Assembly: GCA_004764695.1 (NCBI GenBank)
Contig: SMSO01000034.1
Coordinates: forward strand, 1,364,001 to 1,428,000
Reading direction: 5' to 3'
Origin: Schizochytrium sp. TIO01
Taxonomy: Eukaryota; Protista; Bigyra: Labyrinthulomycetes
Length of the DNA: 64,000 nucleotides
How positions within the stretch are numbered: the first letter of the stretch is position 1; each line of letters opens with the position of its first letter. Shown here in pieces: positions 34,772-45,299 of this stretch. A program made the translations under genes and the position numbers. The notes beneath the pieces were generated by a model, which made no database searches, had not been told where the DNA came from, and saw only the letters and a list, made by a program, of their open reading frames with translations.

Positions 34772-36808
34772 ATGGCGAGCGACCGCAAGCGGTCGCGCTT
34801 TTCCGACGGGCCGGGCGAGCCCTCCTGCGACGATGAATCCTCCTCAGCGCCTGAGCCTAAGATCTCCCCAGCCGAGCGTGCAAGGCAGATTGCCGCTCGT
34901 CTGAACGGTGCAAACGGAGATAAGTCACCGTCTCATCGAGACTCCAAAACTGCCTCAAACCCAACTTCTTCAACCCCCTCTTCGTCGCAGCTTGACGCTG
35001 AAAACTCCTCTGAACCCCACGCCCATCCCAAATCCCCTTCGGCAGCGAATCCTTCGAGCTCTGCCTCGAATTCCACGTCTACGGGCTCCGCCACTGATCT
35101 CGTTTCATCCTCAGAGATTTCGAGGTCTACGGTACCTACGAACTCCTCGAGTACATCAAACCCATCGAGCTCAACGGCAGTAGAACTTCGCAAGAAAATC
35201 TACATTCCCATCAATAAGTTCAAGGACATGGACTTTGCTAGACTCATCTACGGCGCCCAAGACGCCACCAAGAAGCGTGTGGAGGCTGACAGTGGCTGCA
35301 CCATCTGCCTCAAAGGTCGCGGCGCTAATCGCGATGACCCTTCACTCGATGACCCCGAGGATCTCCATGTGCTCGTGGTTGGGTTTCAAGAAGAACAGGT
35401 CAAGCGAGCTGAGGATCTTGTGCGTAATATTCTTGCGGACCCCGCTCTCGTGGACGAGAGCAAGGTCCAAAAGACTGAGTGGGCTCTCACGGTACGCAAT
35501 GCACAGCACGGCTATAATGACCCGAATTTGGCGACACGAAGCATCATTGTGAAAAGGGAACTTGTAGGAGCCATCATCGGCAAGGCCGGCGAGAAAATTC
35601 GCGAGATTAAGGATAGCACTGGAGCTCATGTTATGATTGTGGACCCTCCTGATGCATCAGAACCAATGCGTACAGTGAACTTGCGAGGAAGCCAGGAATC
35701 TGTCGATCGTGCTGCCATGATAATTGATAGTCTCATTGCGCAGAGGGACGAACTCCCACCACGCATGAGGCCACATGGGACGGAGAGAGGGCCGCCAAGA
35801 AATATGGGCCGAGAGAGGTTCGAGGTTGTTATCCCGAATGAGTTTGCGGGGAAGATTATTGGACGCAGAGGAATGACGATCAAGGGCATTCAGGATCGGA
35901 CACTTACAAAGATTGAGGTTCCAAGAGAGGCAGACTCTCGAGACCCCCGGAACCGCACAGTGGTAGTCTATGCAGACTCGCAGAGGGACTACGAGGCTGC
36001 GAAGGCTGAGATCGAAGCAGTCATTGCGGATACTAACGACGGCGACGGTGGCTTTAGGGGCAGTCATGGAGGACAAGGAGGACATGGACCCCCCTCAAAT
36101 GGCCATCGAGAGGAAATGCTTGTATCGGATGACCACGCTGGACTTATCATTGGCAAACGTGGATCCACCATTTCGGGCATTGAGGGTCGCACTGGTGCTA
36201 AGGTACAGATTATTCAACCGCCTGAAGGAACATCTCCTGGACAGCGCCAGGTTGTCTTCAAGGGCTCCCCAGCACAGTGCGCCGCGGCTCGAAGAGAGGT
36301 TGACTATGTTCTGAACAGCGTCAACAATAACAATAATAATATGTATGGAAACTATGGGTATGGAAACTATGGACACCAGTACGCAGCTTGGCAGCAACAT
36401 GGGCAACAATACCCGCATTCCGGCTACGGTCATCACCAGCAAACTTACCAAAATCCATCCCAACATTATGGCCGCAATCAAACCTACCAGCAGCAACGCC
36501 AGCATTCAGGTGCGTACTCCCAAAATGCTGGTAATGCTGACGGCAAACAAGGATCATCTCCTGCTACCCAAGCAACCTCTACAACACCGACGGCTCAGGG
36601 CGCCACAACACCAGCAGCGGTAGCGGCTACAAACAGCACTACAGCATCCACACAGCAATCCTCAACGCAGCAGCAGCAACAACAAGCAATGGGTGCCAAT
36701 GGGCAGAAATATACACGTGAACAATGGAAAGAATGGAAAAAGTACTATGCTCAGTATGGGTATCATTTGGATGACGAACCACCTGCTCACTTGCTCGCCG
36801 ACTCCTAG
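34772..36808 (+). CDS. FUBP/PSI-like multi-KH RNA-binding protein with an SF1-type first KH domain
   Basis: N-box-like ERARQIAARL. Three canonical KH domains (IIGKAG, IIGRRG, IIGKRG) follow one SF1-type KH. The C-terminus has a Tyr/Trp box QWKEWKKYYAQYG. Start taken at ATG 34772. Confidence 0.85.
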   Translation: MASDRKRSRFSDGPGEPSCDDESSSAPEPKISPAERARQIAARLNGANGDKSPSHRDSKTASNPTSSTPSSSQLDAENSSEPHAHPKSPSAANPSSSASNSTSTGSATDLVSSSEISRSTVPTNSSSTSNPSSSTAVELRKKIYIPINKFKDMDFARLIYGAQDATKKRVEADSGCTICLKGRGANRDDPSLDDPEDLHVLVVGFQEEQVKRAEDLVRNILADPALVDESKVQKTEWALTVRNAQHGYNDPNLATRSIIVKRELVGAIIGKAGEKIREIKDSTGAHVMIVDPPDASEPMRTVNLRGSQESVDRAAMIIDSLIAQRDELPPRMRPHGTERGPPRNMGRERFEVVIPNEFAGKIIGRRGMTIKGIQDRTLTKIEVPREADSRDPRNRTVVVYADSQRDYEAAKAEIEAVIADTNDGDGGFRGSHGGQGGHGPPSNGHREEMLVSDDHAGLIIGKRGSTISGIEGRTGAKVQIIQPPEGTSPGQRQVVFKGSPAQCAAARREVDYVLNSVNNNNNNMYGNYGYGNYGHQYAAWQQHGQQYPHSGYGHHQQTYQNPSQHYGRNQTYQQQRQHSGAYSQNAGNADGKQGSSPATQATSTTPTAQGATTPAAVAATNSTTASTQQSSTQQQQQQAMGANGQKYTREQWKEWKKYYAQYGYHLDDEPPAHLLADS

Positions 36809-37540
36809 GGGAAATCACGATTACCTTAGGAACGAAATGGTGCCGCGAATTAAATCACAGACTTTCACACATCAATGATACACAAGCCAACAACCTTGAG
36901 TTCGGCGTAGCCCAACTCATTTTGAAGCACTACGCGAGATCATTAAATTTCTTGATTACCTAGACCTAAATTCCTTGGTTTTCTTCATCTTGCTTTTTCT
37001 TTTGAGTTCTCCCTATTTTTTGGAACAACCTTAATAGACTCCTTACTCAATCGAAAATTTCTGTTCCTGCGCTTCCCCGTGGAGAATATTGGTTTTCTTC
37101 GCTGCCAACCTCTGTGAAGTCTTATTTTCCAAACTATCACTGAAGACACTTACATTAAATAACCAATGTAAAGCAATCCACAGGAAATCCACGCCCTGAT
37201 AAGACCTAGCCCATCAATCGCAAGCTTAAATGCTTTACTTGAAGCAGACGACGCCATTGGCAGCCCGAATACTTCTAGTTTGCTTGAGTGGTAGGTTAGA
37301 ATAACTGTTACTAGAAGTCAAACCTTGAACAGACTCGTATCACTCAAATACTTTTCTTTGGTGGTCGGTCACCTAGCAAGCAAACCTGATCCCCTGCAGT
37401 ATCGTCAAGCACGTAGAAGGGCACGTAGAAGGAATTCATCCTCTTGTTTTCAACCATAATCTTCCGGAAGAAGATTTTCTTAGCGGAAGAGAACCACGTG
37501 GAGCTTGAATTGCTAACTTTTGCCTGCATTCTTGGGCGTC

Positions 37541-38395
37541 ATGGCCAAAGGTCGCAGCAAATCGAAACAAACTCCAACCGGCGCCGCGAGCAAGAAAGCC
37601 AAACACGGCGGCAAGGCGGCCGGTAAGGCGTCCTCTGAAGTTCCTGCTGGAGGGCACAGAGCTCCACGGGACCCTCTCGAAGGTAAAACCCCCGAGCTTA
37701 AGTCGAAGGGTGTCTCCCTGCCGCTTTTGCCGCCTGAGCTTGAAAGTGCCGAAAACGACATCGAGTCCGACGTGGACTATTCATCTGTGGAGAATATTGC
37801 TGCTTTGACGCACGTCAAGATTGATCTAGAAAGATATTCGCTCCTGAGGGACCTTATCTACGGCGTGCCGAGAGCGATTTCTCCTGAAGAGTGCCAAGCT
37901 TGGATCTCCTGGGGCGAGAACCACGGCTTCGAAGCCGCAAGACAAGCTGCCAGCGCAGGCTATGCGCACAGAGATAACGGGCGTATTAGTGTGCACAGTC
38001 CAGAAGTTGCGGCAGTGATCTTTCAGAGGCTCCGAGGTGTCGTGCCACCTGAGATTGACGGACGAAAAGCTGTGGGTTGCAGCCCAAACATTCGACTGTA
38101 CAGATATATTGTGGGACAAAGGTTTGGGAAACACATTGACGAATCAAATTTTGAGGAGGAACTTCAGGCGTGGTCAGAGTTTACGCTGTTGTTTTACCTT
38201 AACGACGAAGACCTCGAAGGCGGCGAGACTGTCTTTTACAGCGGCAATACTGGCACGAAAGAGGCGCTTCGCGTGCCTCCACAACAAGGTCTTGCTTTAC
38301 TACACTGGCACGGAGACCGGTGTCTTGTACACGAAGGTGCAAACGTTCGGTCTGGTGTGAAGTATCTACTACGTTCTGATGTGCTTTATCAGTAA
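37541..38395 (+). CDS. 2-oxoglutarate/Fe(II)-dependent oxygenase (prolyl-4-hydroxylase-like)
   Basis: Motifs RLYRY..GQRFGKHID (HxD), TLLFYLN...GGETVF and HEG..V..G.KY.LRSDVLY. Confidence 0.9.
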   Translation: MAKGRSKSKQTPTGAASKKAKHGGKAAGKASSEVPAGGHRAPRDPLEGKTPELKSKGVSLPLLPPELESAENDIESDVDYSSVENIAALTHVKIDLERYSLLRDLIYGVPRAISPEECQAWISWGENHGFEAARQAASAGYAHRDNGRISVHSPEVAAVIFQRLRGVVPPEIDGRKAVGCSPNIRLYRYIVGQRFGKHIDESNFEEELQAWSEFTLLFYLNDEDLEGGETVFYSGNTGTKEALRVPPQQGLALLHWHGDRCLVHEGANVRSGVKYLLRSDVLYQ

Positions 38396-38399
38396 GAGA

Positions 38400-39569
38400 A
38401 TGCAAATACAGCACATTTGGCAGGAGTTGGAAAGCCGCGTTCATGGGCGTAAACCTTGGCCTTGGCTCGTGGTTCCTGTGCTCGCAGGGCTTTCTCAGGT
38501 GTGGTCTGCTGCTGCCGTGACACGCGAAATTGCGTACGCATACTTTCCAAGTTTGTCTACAAGGCTGCCTGTTGAGCGCTGCATTAGTATTGGAAATGTT
38601 TCTGTCGGGGGGACCGGGAAAACACCGATGGTGCAATTTCTTGCCCGTGAATATGCAAAGCATCATACAGAAAATCTCTCAAAATGTATGGTCTTAACCC
38701 GTGGGTACGGAAAGGATGAAGAATTTGAGCTTCGATCTACTCTGCCAGGTGCCATAATTGTGGCTGGGGCGGACCGCACTCGTCATGCCAAATCCTCTTT
38801 AGCTGCACATTCTTCATCGCATTCCCAAGTGGATACCATCTTGCTTGATGATGGCCTTCAACACCATCAAATTCGTCGAGATATAAATATAGTCATGGTC
38901 AACGCTTTAAATGGCTGTCAAGGGGGCTATACTTATTGTTTGCCACGAGGTCCACTCCGGGAGCCTTGGGCTCGGGGCCTCACACGTGCAGATGCAGTGG
39001 TCTTGCACCATGGATCGTTGCTTGACATAAGTCAACGCCAGAAGTTATGTGAGCAGCTACAATCATACAGTTCGCATCCTCTTCGATTCTTTGCTTCCGA
39101 TATGCGACCTAGTGTAGACAAACTCAAACTCTCTCGCAAGAGCCCTGATCATCTCATTCTCGTCTCTGGAATCGGATGCCATGAAGCTTTCGAGCAAACA
39201 GTACGCCATGCCTACCCAGCATTCAAAAATGAGATTGAAAATTTTCAATACAGTGACCATTATAAGTTTACAGAACAAGATCTACTCAAAGTACTAGCCT
39301 GTGCATCATCAAAACCAGGATTCAGTCTCATTGTAACAACCGCAAAAGACTTTGCACGTACACCGGAGGTGTTTCAGAAAGTATTTCCCTCTACTAAAAA
39401 GTGCGAACTCCTTGTGCTTGAAGCTCGTCTGCAGATCACAAGTTTTGACAAAACTGAAGATTACGATGAAAGTGACGAGGATGAGCCAAACCAAAACAAA
39501 CGGCATGTGCCAAGTTTTGGTTCTCAACAGGACTTTTTGCGGCTTGTATTTGGTAAAACCAACTACTAA
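38400..39569 (+). CDS. lpxK: Tetraacyldisaccharide (lipid A) 4'-kinase
   Basis: Motifs SIGNVSVGGTGKTP (P-loop), LTRGYG.DE, ILLDDGLQH, LPRGPLREP, SGIG...F, Y.DHY.F and IVTTAKD. Confidence 0.92.
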   Translation: MQIQHIWQELESRVHGRKPWPWLVVPVLAGLSQVWSAAAVTREIAYAYFPSLSTRLPVERCISIGNVSVGGTGKTPMVQFLAREYAKHHTENLSKCMVLTRGYGKDEEFELRSTLPGAIIVAGADRTRHAKSSLAAHSSSHSQVDTILLDDGLQHHQIRRDINIVMVNALNGCQGGYTYCLPRGPLREPWARGLTRADAVVLHHGSLLDISQRQKLCEQLQSYSSHPLRFFASDMRPSVDKLKLSRKSPDHLILVSGIGCHEAFEQTVRHAYPAFKNEIENFQYSDHYKFTEQDLLKVLACASSKPGFSLIVTTAKDFARTPEVFQKVFPSTKKCELLVLEARLQITSFDKTEDYDESDEDEPNQNKRHVPSFGSQQDFLRLVFGKTNY

Positions 39570-39659
39570 TGCACAACTGTCAAACGCGTGTGCACCTTCT
39601 AGATTATATAACGCAAAACAATATTTTAAACTAAGCGAAGGGACTGACATTTTCCTCGT

Positions 39660-42600
39660 CTACCGTCGAGTTTGCTTGAGGTACATCTCGACGAGCTGTG
39701 CGGGTGTGGTAGCATCTTCTGGCCTTTTGTCTGTGCGAACTCGAATAAAACGAGGAAAACGTACGGATAGTCCTCGCTCAGAAAATCCACCTTGTCCATC
39801 AGGGACAAGGCCGCGGGCAGCGGTCGCATTTTCTGACAGTGTCAATTCCGCGCCGCGAATTTCCCACACCTGGGATGCACGAAACCAGGCACGGGGTTGA
39901 TGCTCTGCATCATAATCCAAAGGTTTGTGTGTTAGCATGCGAGGAGAACCCATCACTTCGTCGTCTACATCATTGGGGTCATTAGAATCGCCATCTTGTT
40001 CGATCTCATTACCATTGTAGAACTCGTTTTGGGATTCGTAAAAGGCGTCGGTGAAGCCTGACATGCACTTGCAGACTGCTCGATATACCTCTTGATCTGG
40101 ATCCCAGCATGCAAGAAGAAAAGGGGACCACCATTTTGCTTTGCGGCCTTGACCATGCCAACCACCAATCGGCACAAGGTCTAAAGTGTCGCCCAATCCC
40201 CCTCCGACCAATTGCTCTCCAACATCTTGGTCTGTAATGTAATCTTGTTTGAGTTTTAGCCACACGCTGCTCCGGTAATTGGGCTGATATGTCGCACTTT
40301 CGTGATCAAGGAGTTTAGCCATCAATCCTTCACAGCTATTGTGGAGAGCATCCTGCATAACCTTCATCATCGCTTCGATTTCTTGCGCACGATTTTCTGC
40401 ATCTACCGGTTCAAAATCTTGCGACTGCACGAGTGCAAATCGCCCAGGGAGAAGCTCAAAGGCATCTGTCAGACGTGCGCGTCGTTGTCGCAAGGGTAAA
40501 TCCATGAGCGACTCACCATCAAAAGATATAAGATCGAAAGCAAAGACACATAATGTGACTTTGGCGTCGATTATAACAGCTTCATCATTTTTGCGTGCTC
40601 TTGTACTTAAAGTTTGGAATGGCAAGATCTTAACCTCATCTGTGCTCCGATCCACTGCAACAACTTCTGCGTCAAGAATAAATGGCTTGTTTTGAAACTT
40701 TTGAGCATCACGCATGATCCCTGTTACCTCGGGAAATCCGTTTGTACTATCTCGACAGTGCCGGCTATATATGCAAAACTTTTGCTCAGGTGTATAATGG
40801 ATCTGGATGCGCTGACCGTCATATTTGTACTCGCATGTGAACGCCCCACGTCCATCAAATGCATCCATAAATTCTTCTACACCATGGCACACATTTGCGA
40901 GCATGGGGCGTACCGGAATTCCAGGCGTCATTGTACAAGCAGCCTCTAATCCTTCTATGCCGTTACCTTCGATGAGACCCATTACGAATCGGCCCATATT
41001 TGGCACGCAATTGAAAGCTGCTCTAGCTCGGGAAACTACATCCGCGATGGTATCGCTGGTGGGTGGGTCAGGTGCACGACTATGCCATAAGGCTGCTTCA
41101 GCAAAAGAGTCTAAAATAGATGCTTCACTAGCACCAATGCGCAGATTGCGAATGAGCATACGAACGAGATAACGTGTCTCTTCACCTACACAGCGTCTTA
41201 ACAATTTCAAAACTAGATCAGTGCGCCGCTTTTTAGAGCCTGTGCCCTTTTCATCGCTGATTTGACGCAAAGTATCAAAAACAAAAGATACCGTCAATGG
41301 TTGTTTTTGCACGCCAAACAAGGTTCGCTGGCTCATTTTACATTGGTAGGCCACATCACCAAGATCGCCAGTATCTTTGTAAAGTTTTCTCATCTCTGCA
41401 GCAGTCGTACCCGTTGCACTACGTATAGCTTCGGAAACTATACTTCCTCCGACAGAAAGCTCGACGCCCTCGTATTCATTCGCAATGCGGCCCATTGATA
41501 GTGAAAGCATTTTAACAAGCATATCAGGTTCCTGAGTTATGGCCAGACCACATCGGAAAGCATTCACGAGCACATTATGCTTTTTGAGGCGTTTCGTAGT
41601 CCCAGAGGTTAATTTAAGAGCCTCGATGAGTACTGCGAAGGGTACATCTTTGAGGTTGCTTTGCGATGGTGGCGTAAACACAGGTATTTCGGTGGCTAAG
41701 TCAGGAATGATGACCTCAGTTGGTTGCGCCAAGGTATTTAAAAACGACCCAGAACTGCCTTGAGGCTTCTTGCCTTCCTTCGATATAGCATGAGACATTG
41801 CTGATATTTGTTTACCTTCGTATTGAGTGAAAAGGTCTTCTTTATCCTCAATTGATACGCTCTTGTTATTTTGTGAATGAATTGAACTCTTGACTGGAAT
41901 ATTATCCGCCTGAGGTGCTGCTGGACGAACTTGCTCAACTAGACTTTGCGGGGATGAGACTGATTGTGGATTTGTAGTGCCTGTCGCCTTGGGTGCATTT
42001 CTGCTGCTTGAATTTGAAGCAGATGAACCAAAGTTGAACTTGAAAAGGGTTGGGATATTTCCCGCCTTTCGCTTCTTCACTGGCGGAGCTGAAACCTTGG
42101 GTAAAGGCTTTGATACTACTTGTTTCGGAGAAGGCCTTGGTGTTTCACAAATAATACAAACGAGCCCATTGGGGTTTGCGTTTAAATAGGTGCATGCTGT
42201 ACAGCTCCAAGAATTGGAATTGACTGCAGAGAGTGTACCCATTCGCGACTGTAACTCTAAGTTATTATTCGTCACATTATCCTCCGACACCTCATCTTCG
42301 TCGTCCAAAATTTCTATAACATGATCGCAATCAGCACAATATACGCCAGAATTATTTTCACAAAGTTTTTGTTCTTCGTTTGGATAGTCTTCGCCTAACT
42401 TCTGCAAGCTTGCTGACTTAGTCTCAGGTACTTTGCAACTAGCTAGCGACGGTGTGTCTGACGTATTTTCCACCGATTTGTCGTGACCATCACTCAAGTC
42501 ATCATTCATTGATGATGAGCTAGGGGCCTTCGTAAAAGCAGCTAGAAACTTGCGTTTCGCCTTTCCCTGATCGATGTAGTGACGAAAGCGATGAACAATT

Positions 42601-44079
42601 TTCCGTTGTTCATGAGGGTTCGAAAAGACTGTGGGATAAATCTTTCCAGGTTTTAGAAAGCGAACAAATGCTTCCAATTCTGGAAAGTTAGAGTGTTCTG
42701 AGTATGGTATGAGGTTAACCATCATATTTCCTTCGTCATTGATTCGAGATCTGTTCAACTTATTCCAGTTGGAAGACTCCGCCCAGCCAGTAGGCAGGAA
42801 GGCAATGACTCGGTCAAATCGTACATTTGTCTGCTCTCGAATATTGTCAAGGTATTTTTGGATATTCACAAAGTTAGGCTGGAAGTATGGCCACACATCA
42901 CCTGCAGCGCCCATGCGACACATGTGCACCTGGCTGCCAAGATCTGCACTAAGCATAGCGGCACGTTCTGGAGGTAGTTGCAAACATTGCATGACCTTGC
43001 GTTTGCGCTCTGAGGCGTAAATCGCCTGGCTGCCTATAGCTTCAGCTACACCAAAAACAATACGCTCCTTGCCAATTGTGTACGCTGAGATCATGACCAG
43101 GGTTTTGGCGTTTGGATCAGCCTCAACAAACTCTTTTGCCTCCATAGCAGCCTTCTTTATTGATTCTTCTTGCGTGGGAAAGACATGCTTTGGGTTTGCA
43201 TAAGTTGTATCCAAGAAAACTGTGTCGAGCTTCCCTCGCACCTTTTGTAATGACTCATACTCCTCCATTCGTGGGGCGTACCTCATATCACCACAATGTA
43301 GAAATAACGAATTGTCTTCGTGACGCCGCACAAGTAGAAGGGCAGATCCAGGCGCGTGGTTTGCATCAAGAAAGGTAATTGAGAAACCTTGGAACTCAAT
43401 TTCCTCATTAAATGGATACGACTTCACCAAATGGGGAGCTACACCCATGACTTGTGTCAGTAAATCGGCTGTGATCTTCGTGCAATGCACTACTCCACCA
43501 TCCCACTGGTCTGAGAGTCCCGAGTAGCTACGGTCACACAAATTTGAGGTGAGCACACCAATTAGTTCGCGGACACATTGTTATTCATCATCCATGCACT
43601 TGCCATTTATTCGTTAGTTTTGTCTTCCCACGTCAGCATTCCCAATCACAGATGTCTTCTGTCTAAACGTACTGGTCCCCATGAAAATGCGAGAGGAACC
43701 GGACAAACGGCGGATATTCAGGTTTCTGGACCTGCAGAGCATCATCTTCTATTTTGACACCATTCCTAGCTTGTGAAATGGCGTCACCCTGAGCTTCTCC
43801 ACAATTGCTATCTCTGGTATTGCCTTGCTCTTCGTGCTTAATTTCCGCTGTTTTAGTTGCAAGCCTTGTTCTGGTGCTCCTCCTCGTCGGTGCTGTGACC
43901 CCACTACTAACGTTTACCTTATCTGCCTTACTATTCACTGCCAGCTGCCGGGCCTTCTTACGCCATGCCGCATCCGGCAAGTGCGGTGCGACCTCTGCCA
44001 ATATCGCCTCTAGCGGTCGAAAGTAGTCCACAAGACACCACGTGCCAGGCACTAGATGGGCCTCGCCAGCGGAGTTCAT
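39660..44079 (-). CDS. LIG6-type fusion: SNM1/Pso2 MBL-beta-CASP nuclease + RanBP2 zinc finger + ATP-dependent DNA ligase; exons 44079-43673 and 43527-39660
   Basis: Removing a 145-nt intron (43672-43528, GTACGT...CGTAG) restores FLSHFHGDHYSGL. Nuclease motifs are DANHAPGS, HCGDMR, LDTTY, YTIGKER and PYSEHS. The zinc finger is WSCTACTYLN...CIICETPRP. Ligase motifs are EYKYDGQR, EGLMAK, WLKLKQDY and RFPRFIRVR.DK. Confidence 0.92.
43528..43672 (-). other. Spliceosomal intron of the LIG6-type gene (phase 2)
   Basis: GT-AG boundaries. Splicing joins CA|C to give the last His of the HxHxDH motif. Confidence 0.88.
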
Positions 44080-44348
44080 CGCGACACCCGCTCGCTAGCT
44101 TTGGCCCACAGCCTCGCCGTGCCTTCTTGCGTCAGGATCTGCGCTTGCGAACCCAACTTTTTTCACCTTCTGTCCTCCATATTAATTTTACTACAAAAGA
44201 AGAAAAGAAAAGAAAAGAAAAGAAAAGAAAAGAAATGTACCTCTCTATAATGTGTATTTATTATCTATCTATTCACTTATGCTATTAATTACGAGTTTTC
44301 TCGCTCCATCTTCAGTGAAAAGTACTATAAATCTTCGACTTTTGCACT

Positions 44349-44403
44349 CATTCATTCGTTCATTCATTCATTCGTTCATTCGTTCATTCGTTCATTCGTT
44401 CAT
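44349..44403. repeat. (TTCA/TTCG)n microsatellite
   Basis: Directly visible. Confidence 0.9.
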
Positions 44404-45299
44404 TTATCCATAATAACAGAACAGAATATCAGCCATTATTTCATTCATTCTTTCTCTCAAAAAGAAACCCATTTCTCAACTCTCTTCTTTTCCATACGCA
44501 GAGAACAGCGAAGCTCTCCTCCCATGGCTAACTCAGCATACTAATACACGTTATAAGTCGTTACCTCATGTCTACCCAACTAGGTAGCTAAAATGGTAGG
44601 GCTACTGTCCTCTGCCTTCTACTGTTCTCTCTAATGAGCTTCCAGCTCCTCTTGTACTATATACCTACTAGCTTGAGTTATAGTAGTCCAATCCAATAGC
44701 GAATAGGTAGATAGATACATGGGAAACTGTTAAGCTTGTACAGGACGGCTCTTCACTGTCCCTTCTTAAGCAAAATAATAAGTAGGTCCTATGAAAGCGC
44801 CAGTTGCCCTACATTACACAAACAACTAGTTCTGCATAGAGATACTGCTAGCAGCCAGCATTAGTAGCACTGCTATTGCTTACAATAGCGCTTTCCTCGA
44901 AGCCAAAATGCGTTGCGCTGTGTCCAAATTGCGTTGCGCAAGCGCCGCATCCCTTCACTCTCTCCTCCTTCCCTGCCCTCTCTGGGTTCCCTGCATTCCC
45001 ACTCTCTCTTTCGGGTTCCCTGAATTCCCTATGTTACCATCATTCCCGTCGAGGTTAGGGTATCGCGTCGATATACCGGACTCAACCTGAGAGTGACGAT
45101 TAGTATGTGGTTGGACTCGAGTCTTGTTTTTAGGCACACAGAAATGGAACAGTATTGATTAGAAGCAGGGATACCGGTGGCGGCGGGTGCGGAAAAGAAC
45201 GATTGAGGAAAAGAACGCGCACGAGTGGTGGAGGAGCAGAAAGAGGCAAGCGAAGCGGCGGCAGATCAGAACGGAGTCTAGCCACAACTCTTGTGCACG

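Noticed and set aside
38379-38399. Upstream GTG start overlapping the oxygenase, or a spliced oxygenase-LpxK fusion
   Set aside because: ATG 38400 matches the usual LpxK N-terminus. The strong acceptors are out of frame, and the only nearby in-frame one is a weak AAG giving a 43-nt intron. This is not fully excluded.
43663-44079. Stand-alone 138-aa ORF
   Set aside because: It is exon 1 of the nuclease-ligase gene.
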